From: the human T2T-CHM13v2.0 reference genome, Homo sapiens
NCBI RefSeq assembly: GCF_009914755.1
Contig: NC_060926.1
Reading direction: 5' to 3' (one strand)
DNA length: 64,000 nt
The notes under the pieces are model-generated. The model saw only the letters and a program-made list of their open reading frames with translations, did not search any database and had not been told where the DNA came from. The first letter of the stretch is position 1, and each line of letters opens with the position of its first letter. Positions 52,154 through 63,795 of the stretch are shown piece after piece. Both the position numbers and the translations under genes were made by a program.

Positions 52154-52504
52154 TGTCTTAGCTGTTCAGGCTATTCAAACAGCATAACATAGACCAGGTG
52201 CCTTAAAAACAACAGAAATTTATTTCTCACAGTCCTGGAGGCTGGGAAGTCTGAGATCAGGGTGCCAGCAGGTTTGGTGTCTGCTGAGGGACACAATTCA
52301 TAGATGGCATCTTGCTATGTCCTCACATGGTGGTGGAGGGGGCAAGGTAGCTCACTGGGGCCTCTTCTATAAGGGCACTAATCCCATTCATGAAGCTCTG
52401 CTCTCAGGACCTAATCAACTCCCTAAGGCACCACTTCCTAATACCATTGAATTGGGGGTTAAGTTTCAATATATGAATTTTGGGGGCACATTCCATCTAT
52501 AGCA
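52154..52504 (-). mobile_element. MLT1A0-like MaLR solo LTR inserted in a MIR
   Basis: TGTCTTAG...AACAACAGAAATTTATTTCTCACAG...TATAAGGGCACTAATCCCATTCATGA...ATAGCA; TSD GGCAG/GGTGG; MIR 3' end follows at ~52505-52610. Confidence 0.85.
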
Positions 52505-53114
52505 GGTGGACAGGAAGATTCCATGAAACAATACATGCAAAGCACCAAAAATAGGGCCTGGAATATAGAAAACACTCAGTAAATGTTTGCTGTCACTACC
52601 TCTATTACTATAGAGGAATAAATGAAGGCAAAATGAAATAGTGAGGTGACAAGGTAAAAGGGAAAGCCTGCCATGTCAGATGGCCATTGGCAAGCTTGGC
52701 TTCTGATCCCCACTCTACCAGTAACTATTCTGTGACCTTGCACAAACTCTTTAACTTCTCTGAGCCTTGGATTCCCCTCCTACCAACTAAGAAGATTAGA
52801 TCAGTTAGTTTCTAAGGCCCCTTCTGCTAGAAAATATATTATGAGCCTGCTATGAAAAATGCAAGGTCAAGGAGAACCTCCTATCATAGACCTGGAAGGG
52901 GAAGGAGGAAATATGTGCATGGAAGGGTTGTGGGCACAGAGGCTACAAAGCTCAGCATTTGTTAATACAGGGACTGGTGAGTGCTGCACAGAGGCTAGCC
53001 TGGTGTCCTTTCCTTCACATCCTGCGTAGCCATTGTTCTCTATAATAACATCAAAAAATCACTAGAAACATCAAGCTCCCAGTTGCCTCACTTAACAGAA
53101 GCTTGGGTTATGGG

Positions 53115-54023
53115 TACAGATGGTTCTTCAACATCCATTCTCCTCTCCTTCTCTGTGGCAGTAGGGTCCCCTTTATCTGAGCTGGGCACAAGACTACCCA
53201 GTTAGAGTTGGTGCTTCCCAACCTCCCTTGCCACTCAGTAAGGTAGGTGTCTGAGTTCCAGCCAGTTGTGTGCAGCTCAGGGTCCCATTCTTACAAAGAT
53301 GCTGCTTGCCTTCTTCCTAATCATTCTAACTTCCCAGGGCTGGAACCCAGTATGGGGGTGGGTGTTCAGTTTCCATTGTGTGCATGAGATAATGACGCAG
53401 GACTTTTTGCTCCTTAACTCAGCTAGGTTTGCATTCTTGTCTCACGACCAGGAAGAATTAGGCAAGTGGACATTAAAGAGTGAGTGGAGTAGAATTTATT
53501 AAGCAAAAGGAGAGCTCTCAGCAAAGAGAAGTGTCCTGAAAGCAGGTTTCTGGTTGCCCCTTTCACAGTTGAATACCAGGGATTAAGGCATGAATTCCTG
53601 GCAGCTCCACTCCATCCTTCCAGTGTGCTTTCAGGCCCTTAGACTGAGACACTCCATATTGATTTACTTCCCTTACCGTGTATGTGTTAAGGAATGGAAT
53701 TTTCCACTGTGGGCATGTTTAGGCAAGTCCCCTATGCAAGTTCCCTTATCTGTGCAAAACATCTGATGTAAGCACTTGTGGGGCAGGTCAGAGGTTCTCC
53801 AGGGTCGCTTCCCTTACTATCTTCCTAAAGCAAGCTGGCTAACTCCTTTCAATAACATACTAAGGATAGGAAACCTGGGTGATCACTGGAACAGTGCCAC
53901 TTTAACCCTTAGGTCACCTGCCTACTTGGACTTTTCATGAGAGATATAGAAACCTATTTGTTTAAGTGCGTGTTATCTGGGTTGGGTTAGGTCCTAGCAG
54001 CCACATTAGTATTATCATAAACA
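53115..54023 (+). mobile_element. Old MLT1 (J/K-like) LTR split by an ERV1 LTR
   Basis: CAACATCCATTCTCC...CTTCCCAACCTCCCTTG...GGCTGGAAC... then GAAACCTGGGT...TTGTTTAAG...TAGCAGCC. Confidence 0.55.
53393..53851 (-). mobile_element. ERV1 solo LTR (MER83/MER84-like)
   Basis: TGACGCAGG...TTCTTGTCTCACGACCAGGAA...TTTATT...GCAAGCTGGCTAACTCCTTTCA; TG...CA ends; perfect 4-bp TSD ATAA. Confidence 0.8.
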
Positions 54024-54074
54024 CAGGAATGATGGGGGTTAGAAAGTGGGGAAGAGGAATTTGTAATGGATCTT

Positions 54075-54710
54075 TGTTACTGAACTGAACTGGGGTCTCC
54101 TCACCCAGCTCAGTAAAGCCAGACACTGACACTAAGATTTGCAGCAGGAGAAAAGAGCATTTATTGCAGGGCACCAAGGGAGGAGAATAGGCAGCTAATG
54201 TTTCACACCTGAACTCCCCAGTGGCTTGCAAGCAAGGGCTTTTCAAGGCAGGGGTACATTTCAGGAAAGCAGAAATTGCAGACAAAATTATAAACCAATT
54301 ACACAGAGGTTATACATTGTTTTGGCCCATGGCATGACTTTCTCCAGACCCCTCAGGAAGAAATTTAGAACAGAGAATGGCAGCCAGAGTTCAGTCGTCA
54401 GTTTCCCCTTATCTGAGCATTAAGTGATAGTGGTCAGCACTTTCCATCTTGTGGGGATTTCTAAAAACAACTCACAACTTGAGAACATATGTTAAGATGT
54501 CATCTTTTAGTTTCTATAGGGAAGCAAAACACCTTGTGACTCTGGCTTGCCTGGGAGACTGTTGTTACTATCTTCCTGCTTATCAGGTTGCTTGTTTGCT
54601 TTTCAAGGCTACCTAGGTGCTTGGAATTTGCCTTGAAGGGACTCAAGGTTTTTCTTTATCTCCATGCTTAGGAGGCCAGGCAGGCCATCTTGAGACAAAC
54701 TAGTACTTCA
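54075..54710 (-). mobile_element. ERV1 solo LTR (MER90/MER92/MER110 group)
   Basis: TGTTACTGAAC...CAGTAAAGCC...TTTGCAGCAGGAGAAA...TTTATTGCAGGGCACCAAG...GAACTCCCCAGTGGCTTGCA. Confidence 0.65.
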
Positions 54711-54817
54711 AATGTAGTGTGGTCCAAAGTCTGGGTTCTAGTCCCTGATCAATCAGCCCAGGCCAGCTGGATTGGGGGATGTGGTGGTCATCTCAGCTCT
54801 CCACATGCTTGCCCCCT

Positions 54818-55513
54818 TGATGCAGGATTTTTCTCAGCCACTTTGCCAGCTGGAGACCCCCAGATGTCCATGCCCCTGCCCAGGCCTCACTCTGCCCCAG
54901 GCTTGCTGCAGGAGGTACTCCACCCACTTGGCCTGCTGGGCCATGCCTGGCTTGCACACCAGCCCAGCTCCCACACTTACCATGGGATCTGCACTCATCC
55001 TGCAGTTGGGCTGGGTGTGCACCAGTCCACCAGCATTACAGCTTGTATCTGTGTTCAGTGGTCCCTGAGTTCTTGTCTCATGTCCAAGAAGAATGAGGTT
55101 ATACTGACAATCCAAAGGGTGAGAAGGGCAGAGGACAGACCACCTGAAGTTGGGTGGTCTGTCTCCCCGTGTGGCTGGGTCCAGGGCTTTTATGGGCTCA
55201 GAATGGGAAGTGCATGCTGATTGGTTTGTGAGTATGTGAAAGAGGCTAAAACAAAGGCACCACTCAAAGGTGGGCATGACAGTGTAAAAAACCAATTAGG
55301 GAATGGTAGATATATGTAAAATAGGTGAAGCGTGGGGAACAATCAGCGGAAAGTACACCCAAGGGGAAAAGAGGTTCTTAATCAGGTCTGTGGATTTATC
55401 CGAGACTTGTAGCTTGGCTTTCAGGTTTTAAACTGTCTTTGGCTTGAAAGTTGGGTTTCAGTGGGGACCCACCCCTATCTGCCTAGGCATTTGTCTGCCT
55501 CCTGCCACTATCA
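54818..55513 (-). mobile_element. ERV1 solo LTR (LTR27/LTR28-like)
   Basis: TGATGCAGGATTTTTCTCAG...CCCTATCTGCCTAGGCATTTGTCTGCCTCCTGCCACTATCA; perfect 4-bp TSD CCCT. Confidence 0.82.
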
Positions 55514-55996
55514 CCCTCCTCTGTGCCATGGCAGGGCCTGGTCTCCAGGAGTGATATTCTGTGACTCCCTAACTTTGGACTGCTCTAGGTTCTACCTCAG
55601 AGTCACTTGTTAAAGGGACAGATCTTCACTCACTTTCCAGAGAGGGTGAGAAATTAGCCAGGCAGTCCATGTGAGGCAGCTGCTTTATAAACATTGAGCA
55701 GACATCATTTGTAATTGGGAAGGTGATGTGATTTCAGGGTCCCCATCCATAAACTCTCTCATGTTCTATTGTGCACCATGGTGCTTGAACACACTAGTAG
55801 AGTTTTATTCCTGGATTTAGTCATTCTAGTCTTCAGATGTTCTAGTTAAAAAATAAATCCTACATTCACTCACCAAACACTTACTAATGCTAAGAGTGGC
55901 TATATCTGTCCCTGTTCCAGATCCAGATGCTGAAGACCCAGAGTTGAATAACAGTCAGATTGTCTTAAAACCATCTTATAATCCACGATGTGTGAT

Positions 55997-55998
<2 letters not shown>

Positions 55999-56032
<34 letters not shown>
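55999..56032. repeat. (GT)17 microsatellite
   Basis: Direct count. Confidence 0.97.
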
Positions 56033-56034
<2 letters not shown>

Positions 56035-56059
56035 AAGCACCTGATGATGACAATTCTTC

Positions 56060-56210
56060 TCCACTTTCAATGCACCAAAGAATCAACTGGAGATCTTGCT
56101 AAAAGGCAGAATCAGATCAGTCAGTCTGGGGGCAGGCCTGGGATTCTGCATTTCTAACAAGCTCCCAGGTGATGCAGATAAACTGGTCCAAGACTAAGTT
56201 TGCGTAACAA
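56060..56210. mobile_element. MER5-family fragment
   Basis: AGAATCAACTGGAGATCTTGCTAAAA..CAGA...TTCTGCATTTCTAACAAGCTCCCAGGTGATGC. Confidence 0.7.
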
Positions 56211-56504
56211 GAGACAATAAGAGTCTGATCACTGCTGTCAACTAGTGTGGAGGACCCACATAGGAGAGAGGACATGATTGAGTTGTCCTGGTCAGAGGCT
56301 AGCAGACGAAGGGAAGTTTACCCAAGAGGTTTCACATTCAGTCTAGACCTCTGAGGATGAATAGGCCATCAGCATCCATAACTGGCATGAAGAATAGTTT
56401 ATCAGGCTTCTTAATGTATTTTTCCATCAGCATTAATGAGACTTAGCCAAGAGACAATTTTGGTTAAGAGTTGGTGAGTGGAGAAAAATGGGATTCATTT
56501 ATAA

Positions 56505-56662
56505 CAACAGTTCTCAAACTTGAGTGTGCCTCAGAATCACTCCCAGGGCTTGTTCAACACAGATTACGGGTCCCCACTCTAGAGTTGTAAGTCAGTAGGA
56601 GTGGGCTGGGGCCCAAGAATTTGCATTTCTAACAAGCCCCCAGTGAATTTTAAGAACCACTG
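56505..56662. mobile_element. MER5A-family element
   Basis: CAACAGTTCTCAAACTTGAG...AGAATCAC...GAATTTGCATTTCTAACAAG...AGAACCACTG; 8-bp TSD ATTTATAA/GTTTATAA. Confidence 0.85.
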
Positions 56663-57181
56663 GTTTATAACAAGAGGCCCCACAGGGCACAGCAAGAGGG
56701 GAGCCTGGCTATAGTAGGGACAAGAACTGGACAGATCGGGGGATAGGCAGAGGAACTCTGAGAAAGAAATATGTGGGCAAGGTTGCTGGAAGGGGTTGGG
56801 TTAAGACTAATCCTGAGACCGTAAGTTGTAGTCCAGCCTAGCTGATATGGACAAGATATTAAGAACTGACTAATGAATTGTAAGTTGCCTAAGAGAAGGG
56901 GCCTGGGGCTTGTCTACCCAGTATTCCTATCACCAGCAGAGTGAAGATGTGGTCATTCCAACCAAAATTACTTTCTCCCTTCCCTCCCCTCTTTCTGATT
57001 ACGCCACATTCTAGGAGTCTGCCTATAAAATAGAAAACTCGGTCCAGCCCAGTCAGCTCTCAGTGGACGTTGGCACCCTGGGGATTCCTTGACAGTTCCG
57101 GGGCCTCTGTGGCTTGGGCAGAGAGAGCCTCCATCTGTGGTGGCATTTGAGAGCTGTTGTTCTCCAGGATGCAGTAGCTCC

Positions 57182-57186
<5 letters not shown>

Positions 57187-57213
<27 letters not shown>
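57187..57213 (+). repeat. A27 mononucleotide tract
   Basis: Direct count; no adjacent Alu or L1 body. Confidence 0.97.
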
Positions 57214-57217
<4 letters not shown>

Positions 57218-57631
57218 CATCATATGCAAATATCAAATGAAGGGGAGGGAAGGAGGAAAGGGCTGGCTGACATTTTGGCTCTGCCCCTAGATCCTCTGAG
57301 AAGAGAAACCACTCGTGCCTGAATTAATGTTAATTCAAGGGGGTATTTTCAAAAAGTGGTCCTTGGAGGAGCAAGATGCTGTGTTTCCTATTTTCCGTTG
57401 CCTCCAGCAAGCCACACCGACAGAGGGTCAATGGGGTTACTGTATGAGGAAGCCCACTAATTGCATTATAAGGAATGTTTTGCCCATTAGCTCAGATGGA
57501 ATGGTCTCCTAACAGAGTCCTTTGAGGGGAGTGATATTTCAGGTGGGGGATGGAGGAAAAGGAATTGATAAGTAATTGAAATTTGCAAATGGCATTTCCC
57601 TGGGCCCTAGACAAAAATGGGTTCCATACAT

Positions 57632-57646
57632 CCAGCAGGGGGCAGC
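57632..57646 (+). promoter_or_regulatory. CTCF core motif
   Basis: CCAGCAGGGGGCAGC fits the CCASYAGRKGGCRS consensus with no mismatch, in repeat-free sequence. Confidence 0.6.
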
Positions 57647-58959
57647 AATGCACGTACATTAATTCCGGTCTTGTGAATCAGGAGCTTGGCGAGATCTCAG
57701 AAATTGCAAAGCAGTAAGGATGCCTGGGGAGGTTTATAGACAATTTCCAGGCCCGGCAAAGCTGGGACTGTCACACCCACCATTTCCCCAACAGTCACAC
57801 CTTTTATTTTTCTCAATATACTGAGAAAATAAATGTTTAGGTCTGATGGTTTTTAATTCTAGAAATTTTCTTTAATCTTTCGGCTGCTTTGTGTAATTTA
57901 GAATTTCTGCAGCCTGACTGAAAATTATAAGTAAACTAGGATTAGGAAGTCAGCTTTATTAATAAGATAGTTCAGCTAATAGACATTTTAAAATTGTAAT
58001 GCAATCTATCTCCCTCCCTGAGTTGAAATTTTGCTAGAGCTGTAACTGATAGGACACCCACACACCAAGTTGGGTAACTTATTTGCTGATCCATTTTAAA
58101 GTGGAGGAAAAGAGGCTCCAAAAATATAAATAAAGATAAAAGTCTCAAAGAAGTATCAGATTTTCCTGAATTAGGCACAGAAAAGACCTACTAGTTTGTC
58201 CATTCCTAAGGCTGTTTAGGAATGTGGCCCATAATATATTTTCTCAGTAATTTGTCAAATTTGCTTGTAAATGACTTTTATGATAGATGGCTTTGCCTGC
58301 TTTACTGGGCTGGAAATTTCTGCAGCCCAGCACACTTCTCCTTCAGGAAGCTTCTTGCATCTTGCATAATGTTTCTCCCAGCCACCCTCCCCGCTTACCC
58401 CCCTTCCCAAGGTTAATTTAGTCCTGTTGTTCTTAAATGAACTACTCTAAATCATCCTCCTCCCCTTCCCTGTCTTTCTCCTCACTGTTTAAACCTTTCA
58501 AGGATGTAATAGTCTGGCAAATATTTCAATCATCATGTCTCCTTTTCAGCTGCCCAATTCAATTCCATTTGGTGCTGCTCGTGCTGAAGTGCAATTTTTC
58601 ACAGCATTGTTTTTAGTTTAAATAACATACAGTGCACTATTGCTAAAGGTCTTCTGGAACATTCCACTTGGGGGTCTTACCCTTAAATAATATTTTGATG
58701 GGAAACTAACTCAACTTTTCATAGGAAGAAATGCTATTTGCTCCCAGCACTAATTGGCTGTAAATTTAGCTAAAAGTCCATCTACGCTGGCAGTTAGACC
58801 ATCTTCCTGTGCCCATGTGGTACCCTGTATTAGATGTCTAATGGACAGACTTAGTGAATAAGTATGTATCTGTAAGTGCACCATTTAGAAAACAATCAAG
58901 TGAAAGGAATTTAACTCTGCTAAGCCAGCAAATGTAATTTTTCTCATTTCTTGCCCCTT

Positions 58960-59165
58960 CTTGCCACGTGGCAGCTCCTCAATTTACCAGCTCTATGCCC
59001 TTGCATGTATTACTCAACATTTCTGAGTCTCAGTTTCCTCAACTGCAAAATAGGGAAAGCAATATCTGCTTTCTAGGTTTTGTTGTAGGGATCAAATAAT
59101 TATGTACAGCATTTGGTAAAACATAAGTCCCCAAGAAATGCAACTTTTTGCCATTATTATTATCA
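58960..59165 (+). mobile_element. MIR
   Basis: TTTACCAGCTCTATGCCCTTG...TCTGAGTCTCAGTTTCCTCAACTGCAAAATAGGG...TTGTTGTAGGGATCAAAT. Confidence 0.75.
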
Positions 59166-59854
59166 CTACTCTTATCATTATGCAGTCTAAATTCTATGCC
59201 TGGGTTATCTTTCAGAGTTCCTGACTGCCTATACATTCACATTGTTCAACAAATGTTACTTAGGGAAACCGTCTCTGACCCCCTGGAATAGGCCAGGTTC
59301 CCCTGTGATTCACTGTCACAGATACGTGTGTGTGTATGTGTATATGTATTCTTATATTATTACCCTCAAATTAAATGCTCCCTTCTTCATAAATTCAGAG
59401 CAGCTAATATCCTCTCTTCTCTCCTTAATGGTGTGTCTAACATACCTTCATATCCTAGACTTGACTAGGAACTTCTCATAGGCAGGAGCAGAGCCTTGCC
59501 TTTCAATGGAGCCTGGATTGTCACATAGAAATGAGCACATAGAGGTCTGTGGTGTGTACTTGTGAGACTATCAGACTGTAATATCTTTGAATTCAGGGAA
59601 AAGGCTAATTCACCTTCAGTTCCCAGAGCATACCACACCCCAAGCCTGTACATGGTAGGCATTTGAGGGAGGTCTACTGTGTCGATTAAGGCTGTGCATT
59701 GGTCTTCCAAACTTTGCTCACCATATACAGGTTTCCCTCAGAGTCCCAGTGTCCATATTACTGTTTAACACGACTGAAAAGGAACAAAACGAAATCCCCA
59801 CCTTCACCCTCTCACTTTGACTGTGGGTGATTTCTGTAATTAAGAGCTTCAGGA

Positions 59855-60149
<295 letters not shown>

Positions 60150-61369
60150 TCAGATGACTTTCTAAGATACACTCCCTAAGAATCTCATATAACGAATGGC
60201 CTAGAACATGACTTCTTTATTGTTAACCTATGTTGATGCCAAGAGATCAGTGTGTCTTTTTGTGATGCTCATAAACAACCTATTAAATAATCCGTTTTAC
60301 ATTTTTAAGGAGGACTTAGGTGCATGTGCATGAGTCTGTGTGAGTTGGTGGGAGACAAAAGGGAGACAGAGTATTCTCCTGAAAGCCCACCGAATTATTC
60401 AGCTCTATTTTCTGGCCCAGAATTCACCAGATAGCACAAAACAAGCTAAATCATGGCATGATAAAACACTGCAGCCCGGACAATGAATATGCAAATAGCA
60501 TAACAGAGTTAAGTACTGAGAGAGCCATCTATTGTAGATAGTTTAGCTTCCCTTTAGTGAAAGATCAAGGACAGAAGCACAAAAAGATCATGCTAATTTT
60601 AAAAAGAGAAAATAGATGCTAGCTAACGTGAAAAGGATGAATATAAGGAGGCGTTGGATCAGTCCCCCCAGGGCTCAGCAGTTCTGGAGGATGGCAAGCC
60701 CGAGTCTTTGGATACAAGGAACAGCGCGATACAACGGAGGTACTTGCCTCTTGGAAAACACACTTGCATTCTGTGTTGCATCCGTGGTTTCCATGGTATG
60801 AAGCTGCCACTGTGTTTGTTCCAATGCACTTTGAAAAGACAGGGCACATTTATGAGCAAAGGCATATGGCTTTGTCCTTTCAAGCTTATCCAAGGCTTTA
60901 GAATGTCAACTGTAGTGGCTGGAAAGCAGCCAGCAAATTAGGAGGCTACAGAAGAATTTCGTGAGCTTTTAAAATAATTTATTTCAGTTTATCGTTTACA
61001 TAGAATGTCAGATCTGAAGGGGACCCCAGGAGTTATCCAGTCTAACTTCATATTATAAGTGATAAAATGAGGTCCAGCAAAAAGAAGTGATGTTACTCAT
61101 AGCGAGAGTTTGAATGTGCTGTTCCTGATTCATACATTAGTGATTATTCCATTATACCTAGCTGTATTTCTGTCCAGACTATTTTTATAATGCTGATTAA
61201 GCTGGGCTGTTTTGGTGAATTTTAACATTTCCCATAGATTTTTACCATGTGTAATTTTGGAAAGGGGGCTTTGTTAAAGTATTAGAAGACCTACTATAGT
61301 AGTTTCTTGTGGTTTAGGTGGAGGAAGAGCACTGATGGCATTTTCTGTTGCAGTAAGTTTGTTGGTTGT

Positions 61370-61850
61370 AATATAGTTTTTGGTTACAAGGAGCAGAAAC
61401 CTGACCACAGCTGCTTGAAAGAATATAAGTTCATTTTTCCACTACAAGAATTCTGGAAGTAGGAGAGTTTGGCTTTGGTTCAGCAGCTCAACGATGTTAG
61501 AGTTGATGTCTGATTATCTCAGCCTTTGCCTGAGTCATAAGACAACTGCCACAGTGCCAGCCATCATGTCTGCATTTGATGCAGGAGGAAAGAGAAAGAG
61601 GGGGAGCAAACTGCATCTTCCGTGTTATTGGGGGAAAAAAAAACTTTCCCAGATATGTCCAAGAAGTCTTCTGTTTAGATCTCACTAGCCAGAATTGGCC
61701 AAGATGCAAAGAAGTTGAAAAAAGGATGTCCCTTATAGGCTTAGATTAGTCATGACCCTTCCCCCAGGGCTTGACACATAATCAGGAGCTTGTAATGCTG
61801 AGGAAGAAGAGGGCAATAACTGAGGGCTCCATATCACCCTAAAACTGTCC
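61370..61850 (-). mobile_element. Old MLT1 (K/L-like) LTR
   Basis: TTTTGGTTACAAG..GCAGAAACC...CAAGAATTCTGGAAGTAGG...GGTTCAGCAGCTCAACGATGT...GCCAGAATTGG. Confidence 0.6.
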
Positions 61851-62312
61851 ACATTCCCATTTGTATGTAATATGTTTGGAGTACAAGCTTGATGCAAGGA
61901 TGGGCAGTGGAAGGTTTTTGGTGTCTGATTCTGTCATCTCTTTATACCTTTAGTGGAAGATTATTTCCCAACCAAAGGCTTATCTGAGGATAACAAAACA
62001 ATTCCATTGCCAGACATTTATAGAGCCCAACCTGTGGAAACAATAAATGCCTGAAACAGTTTACCTGCACTATATTTCAACTTCTGAAATGTAGATCGAG
62101 AGGATAAATTTTATGAAAAGTTCACTAAAAGTAAATATTGACAAGTGGTTAAATCTCATAATATAAAAGACATAATTTTAAAATGCTGCTTGCACCTATA
62201 GTTCTGTTAAGTCAAACGGCAAAACACAACTCTGTGCTCGGTTCTCTGCTAGGCAGTTGGGATCCATCACTGAGAAAATAAGAAAAAACATTTGGGGCAC
62301 AGGACTTGGGGA

Positions 62313-62360
62313 TGTATTAGTCAGGGTCCTCCAGAGAAATAGCACCAATAGGATGTGTGG
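62313..62360 (-). mobile_element. MLT2 LTR terminal fragment
   Basis: TGTATTAGTCAGGGTCCTCCAGAGAAATAGCACCAATAGGATGTGTG; remainder of the LTR not found downstream. Confidence 0.65.
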
Positions 62361-62541
62361 ACAGTCACCCCTTTGTAACTGTGGGTTCCACATCTGTGGA
62401 TTCAACCAACAGAATGGCAGATAAAAAATATTTGGAAAAAAATATATCTATACTGAATATGTACAGACTTTTCTGGCTATTATTCCTTGACACAGTATGG
62501 CATAACAATATTTACATAGTATTTACATTGTTTTAGGCATT

Positions 62542-62943
62542 TGATATATTAATAGTTTGGATATATGTCCTTACCAAATCTCATGTTGAATTGTAATCCC
62601 CAGTGTTAGAGGTGGGACCTGGTCGGAGGTGTTTGGGTCATGGGGGCGGATCCCTCATGGCTTGCTGCTGTCCTCGTGATAGTGAGTTCTCTCAAGATCT
62701 TGTTGTTTAAGTGTGCAGCACCACCCCAACTCTCTTGCTCTCACTCTGCCTTGTGAGATGCCTGTTCCACCTTCTCCTTCTGTCATGACTGGAAGCTTCC
62801 TGAGGCCTCCCTAGAAGCCAAGCAGATGCCAGCTCTATGCTTACTGTACAGCCTACAGAACAATGAGCCAATTAAACCTGTTTTCTTTATAAACTACCCA
62901 GTCTCAGGTATTCTTCATAGCAATGCAACAACAGCCTAACACA
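62542..62943 (+). mobile_element. MSTA/MSTB MaLR solo LTR
   Basis: TGATAT...GTTTGGAT...CAAATCTCATGTTGAATTGTAATCCCCAGTGTT...GAAGCTTCCTGAGGCCTC...GAGCCAATTAAACC...CTAACACA. Confidence 0.88.
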
Positions 62944-63142
62944 TAATAATCTAGAGATTATTTAAAATATACAGGAGGATGTGTGTATGTTATATGCAAA
63001 TGCTATACCATTTTATATCCGGAAGTTCGGCATCCTTGAATTTTGTAAATATTGGCAAGCCTTTAAGTCTCATAAAAGATGTAATTTTAAAATGCTCCCT
63101 GTGCCTAGAATTCTGTTAAGTCAAACCACAGTAGCCTACCAA

Positions 63143-63288
63143 TGTGTATATATGTGTGTGTGTGTGTGTATGTATATATATACATATATATATACACACA
63201 TATATATATACATATATATACACATATATATATACACACATATATATATACACACACATATATATATACACACACACACATATATATA
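63143..63288. repeat. Compound (TG)/(TA)/(CA) microsatellite
   Basis: Directly visible. Confidence 0.95.
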
Positions 63289-63559
63289 TTTTTTTTTTTT
63301 GGAAACAGAGTCTCACTCTGTTGCCCAGGCTGGAGTGCAGTGGTTCCCTGCAACCTCCACCTCCCAGGTTCAAGCAATTCTCATGCCTCAGCCTCCCAAG
63401 TAGATTGGATTACAGGTGTGCACCACCATGCCTGGCTAATTTTTGTATTTTTAGTAGAGATGGGGTTTTGCCATGTTGGCTAGGCTGGTCTCAAACTCCT
63501 GACCTCAACTATGCCTCCCAAAGTGCTGGGATTACAGGCATGAGCCACCACGCCCAGCC
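63289..63559 (-). mobile_element. AluS (Sz/Sx-like) with two small internal deletions
   Basis: T tail, CAGGCTGGAGTGCAGTGG, TTTTTGTATTTTTAGTAGAGA linker, ends CACGCCCAGCC. Confidence 0.92.
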
Positions 63560-63636
63560 ACATATCAATGTATATTGATATACCTTGGTATCCTCGGGAG
63601 GTCCTGGAACCAATCCCCCTCCCCTCACGGATACTG

Positions 63637-63654
63637 TATATATACACACATATG

Positions 63655-63685
<31 letters not shown>

Positions 63686-63795
63686 ATGTATATGTGTATA
63701 TATATATGTATATATGTATATATGTGTGTATATATATAGTGTATATATACGTATATATATGTACACACACAAATATATACATATATATATATACC
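63637..63795. repeat. Compound (TA)/(TG)/(CA) microsatellite
   Basis: Directly visible; probably the internal microsatellite of the MLT2 into which Tigger3a inserted. Confidence 0.93.

Larger units (their letters stand above)
62362..63636. mobile_element. Tigger3a (MER7A) DNA transposon in three pieces: 62362-62541, 62944-63045, 63586-63636
   Basis: GTGGGTTCCACATCTGTGGATTCAACCAAC...TTTACATTG; AATCTAGAGAT...TTATATGCAAAT...CCATTTTATATC; TTGGTATCC..GGGAGGTCCTGGAACCAATCCCC. Confidence 0.85.
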
